DNA of 63,076 nt, filler included, from Choristocarpus tenellus KU-1152 (GCA_964200185.2; 9 parts of 9 records of this genome joined end to end with filler, not necessarily neighbours in it); one strand, 5' to 3'. Counted from the first letter of the whole stretch, positions 51,390 to 63,076 are shown. Program-made: numbers and translations. Notes: generated by a model not told the origin, from the letters alone.

Positions 51390-53508
51390 TGGTGACGTCG
51401 TCTACTGGAGACCTGTGCATAAATCTGATCAATGACGAGTTAAAGGCTGCAGTGGAGGAGAAGCTTCCGCCAAACATGGACCTCATCCGGAACTTGACAG
51501 AGATGAGGGATATGACTGATGTAAGGCAATCCCCTCCAATTGCCCCCATTACTGCTTGCCGAAAATGTCATTAGCGAATTTTTCTAAAGATATTCGACTA
51601 AAACTAATGTACCAACTCTTTTGACAAGTTTCTGTCTGCATGTCACACTTCAACTTCATGATTCGCAACGTGACTAGTCAACCATTGATAGGGCGTGCAT
51701 CGCCTATTTGCCTCTGATTTTAGATACAAATGCCAATATGCTATATTTTCAGAGTATGAAAGGCAAAGTTGAATGGCGCTCACCTGCCCAATTACATGTC
51801 ATTCAAATGCAGAATACTTCCACCGATCCTGTTCCCATCGTGGCCCCTATAACATAGGATAAATTATGCACTGTTTTTATCAACACATTCAGTCACGCGA
51901 ATGTGATGGGAGACTGGGGCAGACAGTGGGCAAATATTTCTCAAAAGCCTGTTGAAACCCTTGAAGCATATGCCCTTCGTTTTCGACACCTTCTTGGTAG
52001 ATTTACTACAGCTGTTGATCGTTCATCTACAGGTTCTAGCGACCGTAAATATATTGATCAAATCGTGATTGTCCTTTTTGAAGGTGGACTGGCGGACTGC
52101 AACCCCACCTTCAGCTAAAACACAGTTCAGTGAAGGTTTCGCTTCCACATTATCTGAAGCTATCAATCCCACTAAACGTCATGAAGCCAACAATCTAACG
52201 GGAAAATGACATGCCCATGCACTTGCCCCTGTTCCTTCGACTCCGCCGACTGTTTCGACTGCTGTTTCTGCTATTTCCGCCGGTCACTCCGCGCAGCCTA
52301 CGTTCCCTTCGGCTAAGATTGTGGCACTACAAGCTACCAATAAGCGACTTGAACGAGAAGTTCGAAATTTAAGTCGACATTTCATTGGACGTTCAAGCAA
52401 CAACCACGCTCCTTCGACGCCCCTCTGATGCCCTCTTCATGTGGTCGCCAACAAGGAGTAAAACGTCGACAGGAAGATCGTTCGTCACATCGCCTCACCT
52501 GCGAAAACCCCCATTGTAAACAAAAATTCAAAACCATGACTGGGCGTGGTGTCGGGATTATGTTGATCTGCCAGGAGCACCGTTACGAGTTTCGGAAGAG
52601 GAAAGACAGAGAAAGATAGATGAGGCAAAAGCTAGAACGTACAGCAGAAATTGATGAGGCCCAGAAGACAATAACCCCTGTAGTTCATTTGGGTCCGAAG
52701 TCGAGTCTACTACAAGATTCGCCGGGGTTGTAAAACGAGCGAAACATTATTCGTCTACTGTAGCATTGGCTCCACAAGCACAGTTTATTCCTCAAAACAT
52801 CCAGAACAAACATTCTTCACGTCCACTTTTTCCTTTAGGTGCAGATCAGAACTTTAATAATATAACTACCTTCTCGTGGTATTCCAGTGCATTGTCACAT
52901 TATGCACCTCTTCCTTTGTGTATAAAATCATCATCCAAACGTGTATGTGTTCCGGGAAAATTAATTCTGAACCAGCCACATTGACCTTGGACACTGCAAG
53001 TGACATAAATGTATTTCTCACATATTTCTACGTTCCAGAATTCCCATATTGAACCAATTCCACCAGGTGAAATTAATCTTTGGTCTGCAGATGGCTGTGC
53101 TTTGACCATCATGGGGTTTATCAGGTTTTGTCTTCAATTAGGTGATACTACAATCCCAGTTGAGCTTTAGTGTTGCCCATTCTAGGACCTGATGATGTTC
53201 TTCTTGATAACAGTGTTCTGGGTGCTTTTGGAGCAACATATGACTGGAAAACTCAAAGTTTACCAATCCAAAAAAGTGCAACTATCATACCTGCCATTAA
53301 TCGTACTGCCCCTTCTTTGGATGTGTCATCCCCTATTCGAATAGCAGCTATACAAGCGAAAGTTCCATCTGTCCCATTTCGTCTGAGGGAAAAATTTCCA
53401 TTCCCCCAGAATCAGAAATGCTAATATCTTCTATAAGTGATGAAACCCCCTCTGATACTTGTGATGCTGTTTTAGAACCACGCATATGTTCATTTCATGA
53501 TATTGATT

Positions 53509-53767
53509 GAGTGATAGTATCTTAGAGGGTACGAGGTTTGCCCTGTTTGTCGATTTGGAGCTTGACTTCCCATGGGTTTTTAGTGACATTTTACCTAGTT
53601 CGAAATAGTTTGGAGTAGATAAAATGTACATGTTATGGAAACGTGTATCCGGAACAAGGACATTAACACTTCCTCACAAATATGATAGCCAAAATTACAT
53701 CAAAATATCAACATTGGACTTTGGCCCCCAAATGGACGCGGCTCTACCCTCTGAGATATTCAGACTC
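53509..53767 (+). mobile_element. MITE family A inserted in Gypsy pol
   Basis: Same TIR and internal sequence; flanked by ATT (extendable to ATTGATT) direct repeats. Confidence 0.9.
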
Positions 53768-54464
53768 ATTGATTAATATTAGTGATCCTTGGCAATTCAT
53801 TGTTGTTGCTCTAACAGTTACAACGTGGGATTCTGATGATGGATCAGGGGTAGTACAAATTGCTAGTATGTCCTCACAAGCAGTTCATTTACCAAAGAAT
53901 ACTCTACTTGGTCACATCTACCCTGCGAAGATAGTCAACACCAAATACTCTCACACTATCTGCAACATCTCTATCTGGGTCTGAACGAACGCGGCTTGAA
54001 AATGCGTTGAAACCTGCTTTTGCCAACACTACTTTCTCTTCACCTCAAATACGAGAAACACTGAATCTTTGTTCCAAACTCCGTTCAGTATGCCCCTTGA
54101 TACCTCTGAATTGGGAACTTGCACCATTGCTGTAGACAATTTCCCTCTCGAACCTGGTACCAGACCTATTAGTTGTGCACCATATCGAACCAATCCACAT
54201 GTTAGAGGTATTATTGATAAATGTGTTGAAGATTTACAAAACCAAGGACTAATTGAAGCTTGTTCTAGCCCATGGGGTTCCCCTGTTATTATCGTTGCTA
54301 AAGCAGATGGGACCCTAAGATCCTGCATTGATTATCGACACACCATAAATAAACACCAAATTAAACATTTTTGGCACATGCCTTTAGCTGAAGAACATCT
54401 TGATTCCATTGGTGCAGCATTTTTTTGTTGTTGTTGCAGATGTTCAATCAGCATATCAATTTCC

Positions 54465-54724
54465 GAGTGAAAGTATCTTAGAGGGTACGAGTTTTGCCCT
54501 GTTTGTCCATTTGGGGCTTGGCTTCCCATGTTTTTTTTAAAGACAGTTCGCTACTCCAAACCGTTTAGGTGTAGATAAAATGTATACATTATGAAAAGGT
54601 GTGTCCGAAACATAGATATTGACACTTCCTAAACAAACTCGATGCTCAAAATTACATCAAAATCGCAACATTGGATTTTGAACCCCAAACGGACGCGGGT
54701 CTACCCTCTAAGATACTTTTGTTC
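54465..54724 (+). mobile_element. MITE family A inserted in Gypsy RT, TSD TTCC
   Basis: Removing it restores SAYQFP-VAEADIDKTAF. Confidence 0.93.
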
Positions 54725-57568
54725 TTCCTGTGGCGGAAGCAGACATTGACAAGACTGCTTTTGTCACCCATAAAGGCAAGTTTGTATGGAAACGACTTCC
54801 TTCTGATTTAAGCAATGCTCCATTTATTTATTTAATGCATGATGGCTTGAGCTGTATCTGATTTTGGCATGGGGTCAGGTCTGCTATGTTACATGGATGA
54901 TCTCATTCCTTGTTCTTCCACTTGGGACCCTTATATAGCTTTGCTTAAAAAAAAAATTATGGCCCTTCAAAATGCTGGCCTTACTTCAAAACCTTCTAAA
55001 TTGAAGTTTGCTCCAGCAGAAGTTGAATAACTTGATCATATTGTTTCTAGTGCTGGGCTATGTCTTGGGAAAGCTCGAATTCAAGCTATTGTTGACCTAC
55101 CTACTCCTTGAACACTGAAAGACATTCGTTCTATCCTTGGTATGCGGATTTTTTGTCGAAAGTTCATCCCAGATTATACAGATCTGACAGAACCCCCTCT
55201 AAAGTTCGCACATAAAGAGTTCGTAGCACGTCTTCCTGGTGAAATTGGAAAGTCATTAACATCGGCGCCCCTTCTACATTATCCTGATTTCTCAAAATCT
55301 TTTGTGGTACATGTGGATGCTTCCAATTTGGGCGGTGGTGGTTTTCTTGCTCAAAAAGCATCAGATGATCCAATGAATAACTCACTTCATATTGTGGCTT
55401 ACTTTAGCAAGAAATTTGATGGAGCACTACGAAATTATTCAGCCACATATAGAGAATGTTTAGCAGAAGTCCATGCCATTAACCACTACAGTCCATATCT
55501 TTGGGGTCGACATTTTGATTTATTCGCTGACCATGCGGCACTCAGATATCTGTATTACATGCAAGACACAGATAATATATTGACACGTTGGGCTCTTGCT
55601 CTTCAATGTTTTGACTTTACAGTCCATCATAAACCAGGCAGAGACAATGTTGTACCTGATGCCCTTTCTTGCCTCTTTGATATTGAGATTGATTGTATGC
55701 CGAAAGTACTTGCTCCTATTTGCAGGAATATTCCAGAAAAAACAATGTCAAGTGCAGTAACCCCACATCAAGCATACGAAATATATCCAGATCGCCTTCA
55801 TGAATTAGATATAATTCAGAGTGACCGTGAACTTTTTAGTAGTTCAGTGAACATCTTTCCAACTTCGGACCACACAAAATTCGTGAAGCACAAATGAACC
55901 AATTTTCTCTTTACTTTGCGTATTTACAAGCCCCCAATTCAGTGTCTTTACCTCCCCGTAAATCGAGGTTATAGCATGTCATCTATTGATGTTGATGCTG
56001 ACACTAACTTGCTTTGCCGATCATATTTTCCAGGGCATATACGCAAACACCGTGCTTTTTATGGTCAATTAGTGGTTCCAAAAGAATTGCAATCTTTGGT
56101 TTTACATGCTTGCCATGACCATCCCGCTTCAGGAGATCACTTCAGTCTTTCTCATACTCTTGACAAGGTATGAGACCGGTATTGGTGGCCCATGTTTCAA
56201 AAATATGTTAGAGAATGGTGTGAGAGATGTCAACTTTGCCAAAGACGAAGAACTTCTCACCGACATCCTACATTGCCGCAATGACAAATTCCTGCCACTT
56301 GACCATTCGAACGAATTGCTGTTGATCTTGTACAATATAAAACCATTTCCCGTGGTTGCCGGTTTGTTCTTTCGACCATTTGTCAGTTGACACGCTTTGC
56401 TTTTCTCATTCCCATTCCAGACAAAGAAGAAGTGGCCATTGCCAAAGCTTTGTGTGAAAGGATATTTTCAATATTTGGGGCACCCGACATCCTTCACTCT
56501 GACCAAGGTTCGTAATTTGAAAATAAACTTGTTCTTGAATTGCAGACAGTTTTTGGGCACGATAAAACTCGTACGTCACCCTATAGACCACAGGGTAACT
56601 CTGTTTTAGAGCATGTTCATTCTACTCTGCATCAAATGTTATCCATGTGCAGTAACATAGCAGAGAATAATTGGGCAGCTGATGTTCCATTCCTTCAATT
56701 GGCTCACAATATGGCATACAATACCACATTACAAGAAACACCTTTTTCCCTGCTTTTTGGACGCCGGCCAATTTTACCGATAGATGTCATTTTTGGTCTA
56801 TCTAAAACAACAGTTGCACAATCTAGTCAAGAGTTTACTCAATCAACAGCTGAGAATTTACGGTTAGCTTTTCAATTAACCCGTGGCAATCTGCGAGAAC
56901 GGAATTGCGAAAAAAATTGCTAGCAATGAAACTCTTGTTTTCCCTGTGTTTCAAGTTAGAGCTCAACTTTTGGTGCACCGTCCACACACTGACCGTGGTG
57001 GACCTTTCACAGTGACTGCCAAGATTTCTCCTGTAGTTTACTGTGTCCGCAAACAAGGTGACATCAAAGATATTTCTGTTCCCTTAGCCCACTTGATACC
57101 TTACATTCCAAACACACAACCACCTGCACCTGGTTTTATGAAACTCAATGAATTTTTTCTTGGCCGAACTTTGCCCTTACCGGATCTTGATGATTTAGAA
57201 TCCCCAGTAACCATTGGTCCTTACATTATTGAAGCTATTATGGTGCACAAGTTTGACCATGGACCCCGTTCACCTATGAACATAGACTATATATTTCGCC
57301 TTAAAGGCTATGACCGTGCTTCTGATGTATTCTATCGTCCACGTGATTTGCCATAATGTGCAGAAATGATTGCTGCATACAGGCAACAACTTTGTCTGGA
57401 TACACCTAATTCCAACACAAAACCTTCGATTGATATCAACTCTGATTCATGAAAACGTTTCCATGCTTGATTTAATTTTATGCTGGAGGTAATATATTAA
57501 AAAAATATATAGTGGTGTTGCGAATTATATTCTTGTGTTTTAGTCAATGATTTGTGGTTGTGTTGTTA

Positions 57569-57657
57569 TGTGAGAGCCACATTCCACAGAAGGTATACCC
57601 TGAAGGTTACCTATCTTGAATATCACGTAGATGGTATGCCCTGAAGGTGACCTATCT
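57569..57657 (+). repeat. 3' LTR, truncated by the gap
   Basis: Matches 51013; contains an internal tandem ggtat(a/g)ccctgaagg(t/g)..cctatct motif. Confidence 0.8.
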
Positions 57658-57824
57658 NNNNNNNNNNNNNNNNNNNNNNNNNNNNNNNNNNNNNNNNNNN
57701 NTTAATTAATTAANNNNNNNNNNNNNNNNNNNNNNNNNNNNNNNNNNNNNNNNNNNNTCCCTTCCGCACATACCACGCTGACCTGCTTTTTATCGATCCC
57801 CATCACACCCTCTCAATCTTCGCC

Positions 57825-60800
57825 AAGTCCAGCATTCCCTCAACAACAACCCACCCGCCCGCCGAAGGCGCTGCACACGGATCGATAATGTGGGACAGCG
57901 ATCCAAAGGGCATGTCGTCGCTCCTAGAACATCACTATCTGGGCACATACCGGATGAAACTGGGCAACATCACATGCACCGAGATGGTGCATCCACTGAG
58001 CGAGAGTGGCCTCGCGCGCGTAAGCAAGTCCATGCAGGAGAAAGGCTGGTGGAGCAGTTTGCTCCGTCTATCGTGATCCAGCGAGACTGTTTAGGTAATG
58101 GAGACCAGCTCACCGCCAAAACTGCGCTTACCATTCAAGGGCGAGTATTGGATGGAAACCATAGAATAACGGTGCTCAAGAGAGAGTTTGATCCCGAACG
58201 CGCTTTCATGATGCGGGTCTACATGGAGTTCAACCAAGCAGAAGAGAGGGTAATTGCAAACGGTGGGTGATGGAGTGTTTTCGTTATTCCATGATCCCCG
58301 GGCGACTCTGATTAACCAAGCAACAAAGTAAGTGGAGTGTTTACGTGGTTCCATGATCGCCTGATGACTGTTCTGATGTACAAAGTTGTTGCCGACTTTC
58401 CTTATCTTGGTTCATCGTCAGTGAGTCCATTGAGGATCTTTTCGTTGGTGATCTTTTCTTCCCTCGTGGTATTTCTGTCTGCAGCAGCATATTGCTCCCT
58501 ACTGCATGCCGCGTGTGTCCCGACCGCTCCCCACCTAACCCTTGTCCCATTCGCCCACTGGACCGCCACGCTTATAGCATTCAACGACGCGACCGAGAGT
58601 GTGGTTGAGCGCACACTGTACGATAAGATATTTTTTCACCACGAGCTCCAAGAATCTATCAAGCGACAGACGAAGAAAAAAGAAGTGTCAATAGTGGAGA
58701 TCTGCACAATGTACAAAAGGGTGAGGGAGTTGTCAACGTTAGTGAGATGGTGGCGCTATAGTCCTCCTCTAGTTGGGTTACAGCTGTTGTGAAATCCCTC
58801 TGTGTCCTCCTATTCAACCTAAGTTGATATAGTTATCCCGCGTTTAGGAACCCTGTCAACCAACTTACGGATTTACGGCTGACCACGTGGTAGTATGTAT
58901 GAGTGGTTAACCACAGACGAACAATGAATATATCCTTGTTTGTTTCATCATTAGGCCAGGCCGCTGAATAACCCCCATACACACTCATACATACCCCGTT
59001 GGCGCGGAAATAACAATGCCTCATCCTGGCTGACTGGGTGCATGATGTTTTCCTTTTCTGCTCATCACCAAGGTGGGCGTTGCTCCCCCGTCGAAATCAA
59101 CTCTACGAAACTGGCAGAAAGGCGTAAAGTCCCTTAAACCAGAGTCCTTCGAGGTACGGAAGGAAGTGTGTGAGAGCAAGGCACCGCAGGTCGACCGCCA
59201 CGCAGTCACACTGAACTATTTCAGTCGCGAGGAGTTTGCCGACTTCACTTCTCTCTAGCAGGGGCTATGCATCCATCTGCTTGCTAGGCAAGTCAAACCG
59301 CCGCTGTGTTTTATCGTGTAGACAGCAGTAAGCGCAATGTATGCAGGTCGCAGGACATTGCACATTGACGTGAAATAAGTGTCTCCTATGATGAAGAATA
59401 TTGTCTGCCATTGTTGTGTCGAACGAAGAACCCTTCATAGTATTATGTAGATTCAACCAACAGTGTGTGTTTCCTGATTATGCGCGCTGTTGTCTGTCAT
59501 GAACTACAACTATCGATCCATGAATATCTAATGCATGGGCGACCCTTTCGTCATCACTACCTGTGCATTGTTCTCGTTGACGTCCTTCATGGCCATTCCC
59601 TTTTTGCAGATACAAGTCGTTCAACAGGAGGGTTCCTACGGCGAGGGACTACAAGGACATCGAATCGGACGCGCACATGTCTGAAATGGTTGTCTCGCAC
59701 ATGAGGCAGATTGTGCCCAAGGAGAAGTGGACACGAGAGCTCCAAAGGTTTGTAAATGGTGGAAGTTATAGCGGTTTCTTCCTTTTTTTCCTTTTCCGTA
59801 TCTCCAGTGCACCCATACGTGGCCATGCGCCCCTCAATTGAAAAATATACTGTCAGCATAGTTCTTGGCATCGCACTTATTGGCTGTTGCAAAACTTCTT
59901 TTTTTGACGTTACGTGAATGATGCACGGGCTGCCAGGGAAATGAACAAGCTCGCATATGAGAACGGCAATATGCACGACATCTGGGTCAAGCCCAACTAC
60001 GAGGAGAGGAAGAGGGAGGTGGCCGAACTTCTGGAGAAGGTTTTATCTGGCGACCAACAAGCGGGGCCCGTCCGGCAGCTGAGGGCAAACATCGCGACGG
60101 TAGTCGGAATGAAACCCATGCAACGGGTCAGAGCCGTGAGTGTGCCTCCTGTGTTGGTAGTTGTAGCTGAAATATGACTTGTACAAAAACAATTAGTTGA
60201 CGCTTCGTAGGATTCGTAGCGGGTCTTCGTCATCATCATGAGCGACAGAGTTGCCTTCCCTACAACAAGCGATGCTATTTTGTCAGTTCTAGTCTTTCGT
60301 TGCTAATAGTGGGAATAGCCAATCATTTCCTTCTACTCTAGACAACGATCTTCGTCAATCTCCACCTCGTTTCTGCCTCCAACACGTGTCACTGTCGTAA
60401 CCTACAGACTGGCGTCCTCGACATAGACTTCTTTCAAACTATTTCGCCCTGCAAGCCGCATCCATTAAACACGTTCACCACATAAACCGATAGGTTTGCT
60501 CCGTTGTTCGGTTGACATGCTATCGTAACTCCATTACACGCTCCCATTTTTAACGTTACCATCGCCCCCTCCTCTCCTCAACAACGTCCTCCGCCGTGCC
60601 CAACACCAGATTATCGAGAAGGACTGAGTGAAAGTATCTTAGAGGGTACGAGTTTTGCCCTGTTTGTCCATTTGGGACTTGGCTTCCCATGTTTATTTAT
60701 TACATATCCCTACTCCAAAATGTTTTGGGGTAGGTAAAATGTACATGTTATGAGTAAGGTTTGTCCGGAACAAGGATATTGACATTTCCTAACAAGCACG

Positions 60801-63076
60801 ATAAGCCAAAATTACATCAAAATCGCAACGTTGGATTTTGACCCCAAATGGACACGGCCCTACCCTCTAAGATACTTTATCTCACTCAACTCTACGCGCT
60901 TACCTCACCACCTGGGATTGGAAATACCAGGATGTCCTCAACCAGATCAACCTCCACCAGGTCCACAGCGGGCCGGCCGGTCATGGCAGCGGCGCAGACG
61001 TCCAGAGCAAGAACGGATCGGCATCAGATGGCCGTGAGAAAGAAGACAAGAGAGGGTGCGAACATAGAGGAGGAAATGGAAACGAGGGAGGAGACGAACA
61101 TGAAGGAGGGGAAGAAGACGAGGGAGGGGACGGACTGCCACACAGGGAAGATACGGGCGCAGGGGGGTTCTGTCGGCAGCGTTCCTGGTGTGGAAGAACA
61201 ACAAAACGGTCATGGAGGGTGGAACGCGGGCGTTTGCTGTACTGGATGCAATCCTCCGCCTACGTCTCGGTGAGTTATGTAGTTGTAACGGTGCACACAG
61301 GGATGGTGGGTAATTAATGGCGTAAGATTGGTTTCCATCCAATCTCCCGAACGGCTAACTAGGTTATCTCTTTTCAGCGGTGCACGCCAGTAAACCGGTG
61401 GAACTTGCGGGGTCCCTCTGTGTGTGGTGCTGCAGACGCTACCCACCCGTCTCTTTATTTTCCACTGTCCGATTGTGTGTGTTAATGCATGTACATCACC
61501 GACTGTTATATCTCACCTGTACTACTTTGTACTGTTTTGCGCCACCAATTTCGTGGTACTTCGTAAACGTGCATCCCCGCGTTGCGTTATTGCGTCCAAC
61601 TAATGATTTCGAAAAATACTAACCTGCCTCTTTAACGCTCTCCTTCGATGACACAAGCGACAGGTATTCATGTCCAAAGTGCTCCATCACACGTATGGGC
61701 GAATGTGCCTACGCGGAGACTGTAGGCGACGAGAGGCACAAGGATCGATTATGTATCAATTGCCCCATGGCACAGGAGGGCAGCGAAGGGTCTGGATCGG
61801 CGGGGAAGGAAACGGCAGGTCGGGGCAGGGGCAAGGGTAAGGATAAACGTAAGGCAAGGAGCGCGGGCGGGTCACCCACCGGACAAAGTCTTTTACGTCC
61901 CCCCTCACCCAGCGGACATGGAGAAGTGCATGTGGGTCTCGGTGTGGTTGCACATCATACGGACATACAAGTCGTCTCTACGTGTTCCGTTTCACATTGC
62001 TTTGCACGTGGGTCTTGGCTGCTTGTACATCATGTGGATTGCTTGTCCTTTGTGCATTGGATGTGTCGTTTTTTTGGAGGTTTCCATGGACCATGGAACT
62101 TAATGTTTTTACGTCTACCCTCCTTGCACGAGATGTATCTCATGGGTCTGGCGTTGTGGAGGGTGCGCCTTGACTTTTTGGGGATGCCGTCGAAATATTG
62201 TCAGGACCTCACTCAATGGTACGATTGCCTGCACTGTCGCTTACAACGCTGTCCTTGTTGTGCTGTCTGTATACCGTGTCGTGTGTCATGATGTCGAACC
62301 AGGACTACTGAGAACACTGCACTACACGACCTTCGCCCTCTCGACCCTACGATACCCTTAGACAGCCTGAAAGAGTTCGAGTTCCGTAACGCGCCAAAGC
62401 TCGCCATAGTGTCCATTGCCGATGAGCCAATACTCCTCAACGACGAAGAGGCGACCAATGAACACTTGCGCACGGTGATTAAGTGCTTGCAGATGAAGCT
62501 ACATCCTCAGGGCACCATCGCGCTATTTGTGCACCGCCCGTGGGCCGTGCACTTACACCGCCTACACAGTGAGTTCGGGAGTTCACCAGCGCTGAAATAC
62601 GGGGTATATTGTTCACTACACGATTTTTGCCGTCTTTCCTCCTATTACAGGATTTCCTATAGTTTGCATCTCTTTTTTCCATTTGTTATTTGCCTTGCGT
62701 TCCACAAAAATAGGACTATTATAATGTTAGTGGTATGAGATTTCATGAAACTCTACCATACCTACTTGTGTGATGACACTGTCAAGTTTGACGCATGCTG
62801 GACCCACGCGCTCGCTCCCGCCTTCTCTTCATTCTGGACCTCTTCTCGCGTCGAAGGCGGGCTTGGTTGTGGAGGATAATCCCCTGCTTGTAATATACAA
62901 CACGAGGGGGAGGGGCGCCCTGTCACAGGCACTGATAACCATCTCAGATCTTGCCTGGACATGATTCTTCTCTCGCACAACGGTGGGACAGAGTACACAT
63001 GCAACTAGGGAGTCACCATCGACCACATCTTTGGCCATGGGCGTCGTGCATATCCTCCGGTGCTCCAAACCATGTG
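57825..63076 (+). pseudogene. Multi-exon gene: ParB/Srx domain, putative HTH region, acidic linker, PHD-like finger and beta-class N4/N6 MTase-like domain; disrupted copy, runs off the window end
   Basis: Exons ~57825-58262, 58578-58720, 59073-59153, 59610-59748, 60610-61269, 61658-~61880, ~62133-62218, ~62366-62603, ~62857-end. Motifs SESGLARVSKSMQEKGW..APSIV, RVLDGNHRITVL, CTGC..CPKC..MGEC..CINC, GDAVEIL, KLHPQGTIALF. Start codon mutated to AAG; frameshifts; MITE insertion. Confidence 0.72.
60626..60883 (+). mobile_element. MITE family A inserted in an exon of the ParB-domain gene, TSD ACT
   Basis: Removing the element and one ACT restores IIEKDSTLRAYLTTWDWKY. Confidence 0.92.

Larger units (their letters stand above)
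51013..57657 (+). mobile_element. Near full-length, inactivated Ty3/Gypsy LTR retrotransposon with a C-terminal chromodomain
   Basis: LTR starts TGTGAGAGCC at 51013 and 57569. gag with Zn knuckle, protease DTAS near 52990, RT YMDD at 54890-54901, RNase H VHVDAS, integrase HHCC plus LHSDQG and PQGNSVLE, chromodomain YIIEAIMVHK..YIFRLKGY. Order PR-RT-RH-IN; many stops and frameshifts. Confidence 0.95.

Noticed and set aside
6163-57757. Eight recurring TTAATTAATTAA motifs
   Set aside because: Each is centred in exactly 88 Ns: an assembly linker with stops in all frames, not a biological repeat. It also means gene order across the linkers cannot be trusted.
1-63076. Endogenous giant virus (phaeovirus-like) as the source of the ParB, SET and methylase-like genes
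   Set aside because: I recognised no capsid, PolB, packaging ATPase or dense intronless ORF array, and the genes are spliced. A remote viral origin is not excluded.

Overview
This is eukaryotic DNA with GT-AG introns and heavy transposon load. A stramenopile alga (brown-algal or related lineage) is my best guess from gene style, not a determination. The window is nine contigs joined by eight artificial 100-bp spacers (N44-TTAATTAATTAA-N44), so adjacency across spacers is unreliable. Host gene fragments: a PPR protein, an ankyrin-repeat protein, a protein ending in a PFU-like domain, peptide deformylase (3 C-terminal exons) and a MAP3K/STE-type kinase. Mobile DNA: a near full-length chromodomain-bearing Ty3/Gypsy element, a decayed relative on the minus strand, an RTE-like LINE, two families of ~255-bp GAG...CTC MITEs and a hAT-like element. 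The main candidate for an undescribed system is an intron-containing, multi-copy gene at 57825-63076. It joins a ParB/Srx-type domain, a putative HTH region, a PHD-like zinc finger and a beta-class N4/N6 DNA-methyltransferase-like fold that lacks the DPPY motif. A truncated second copy with promoter and an upstream 22-bp palindrome lies at 49.6-50.4 kb. A divergent SET-like ORF and a possible second ParB-like gene lie at 1-6 kb. The second highlight is a ~254-bp antisense copy of the gag zinc-knuckle region placed directly after the Gypsy primer-binding site. All domain calls are by-eye motif recognition; no searches were run.
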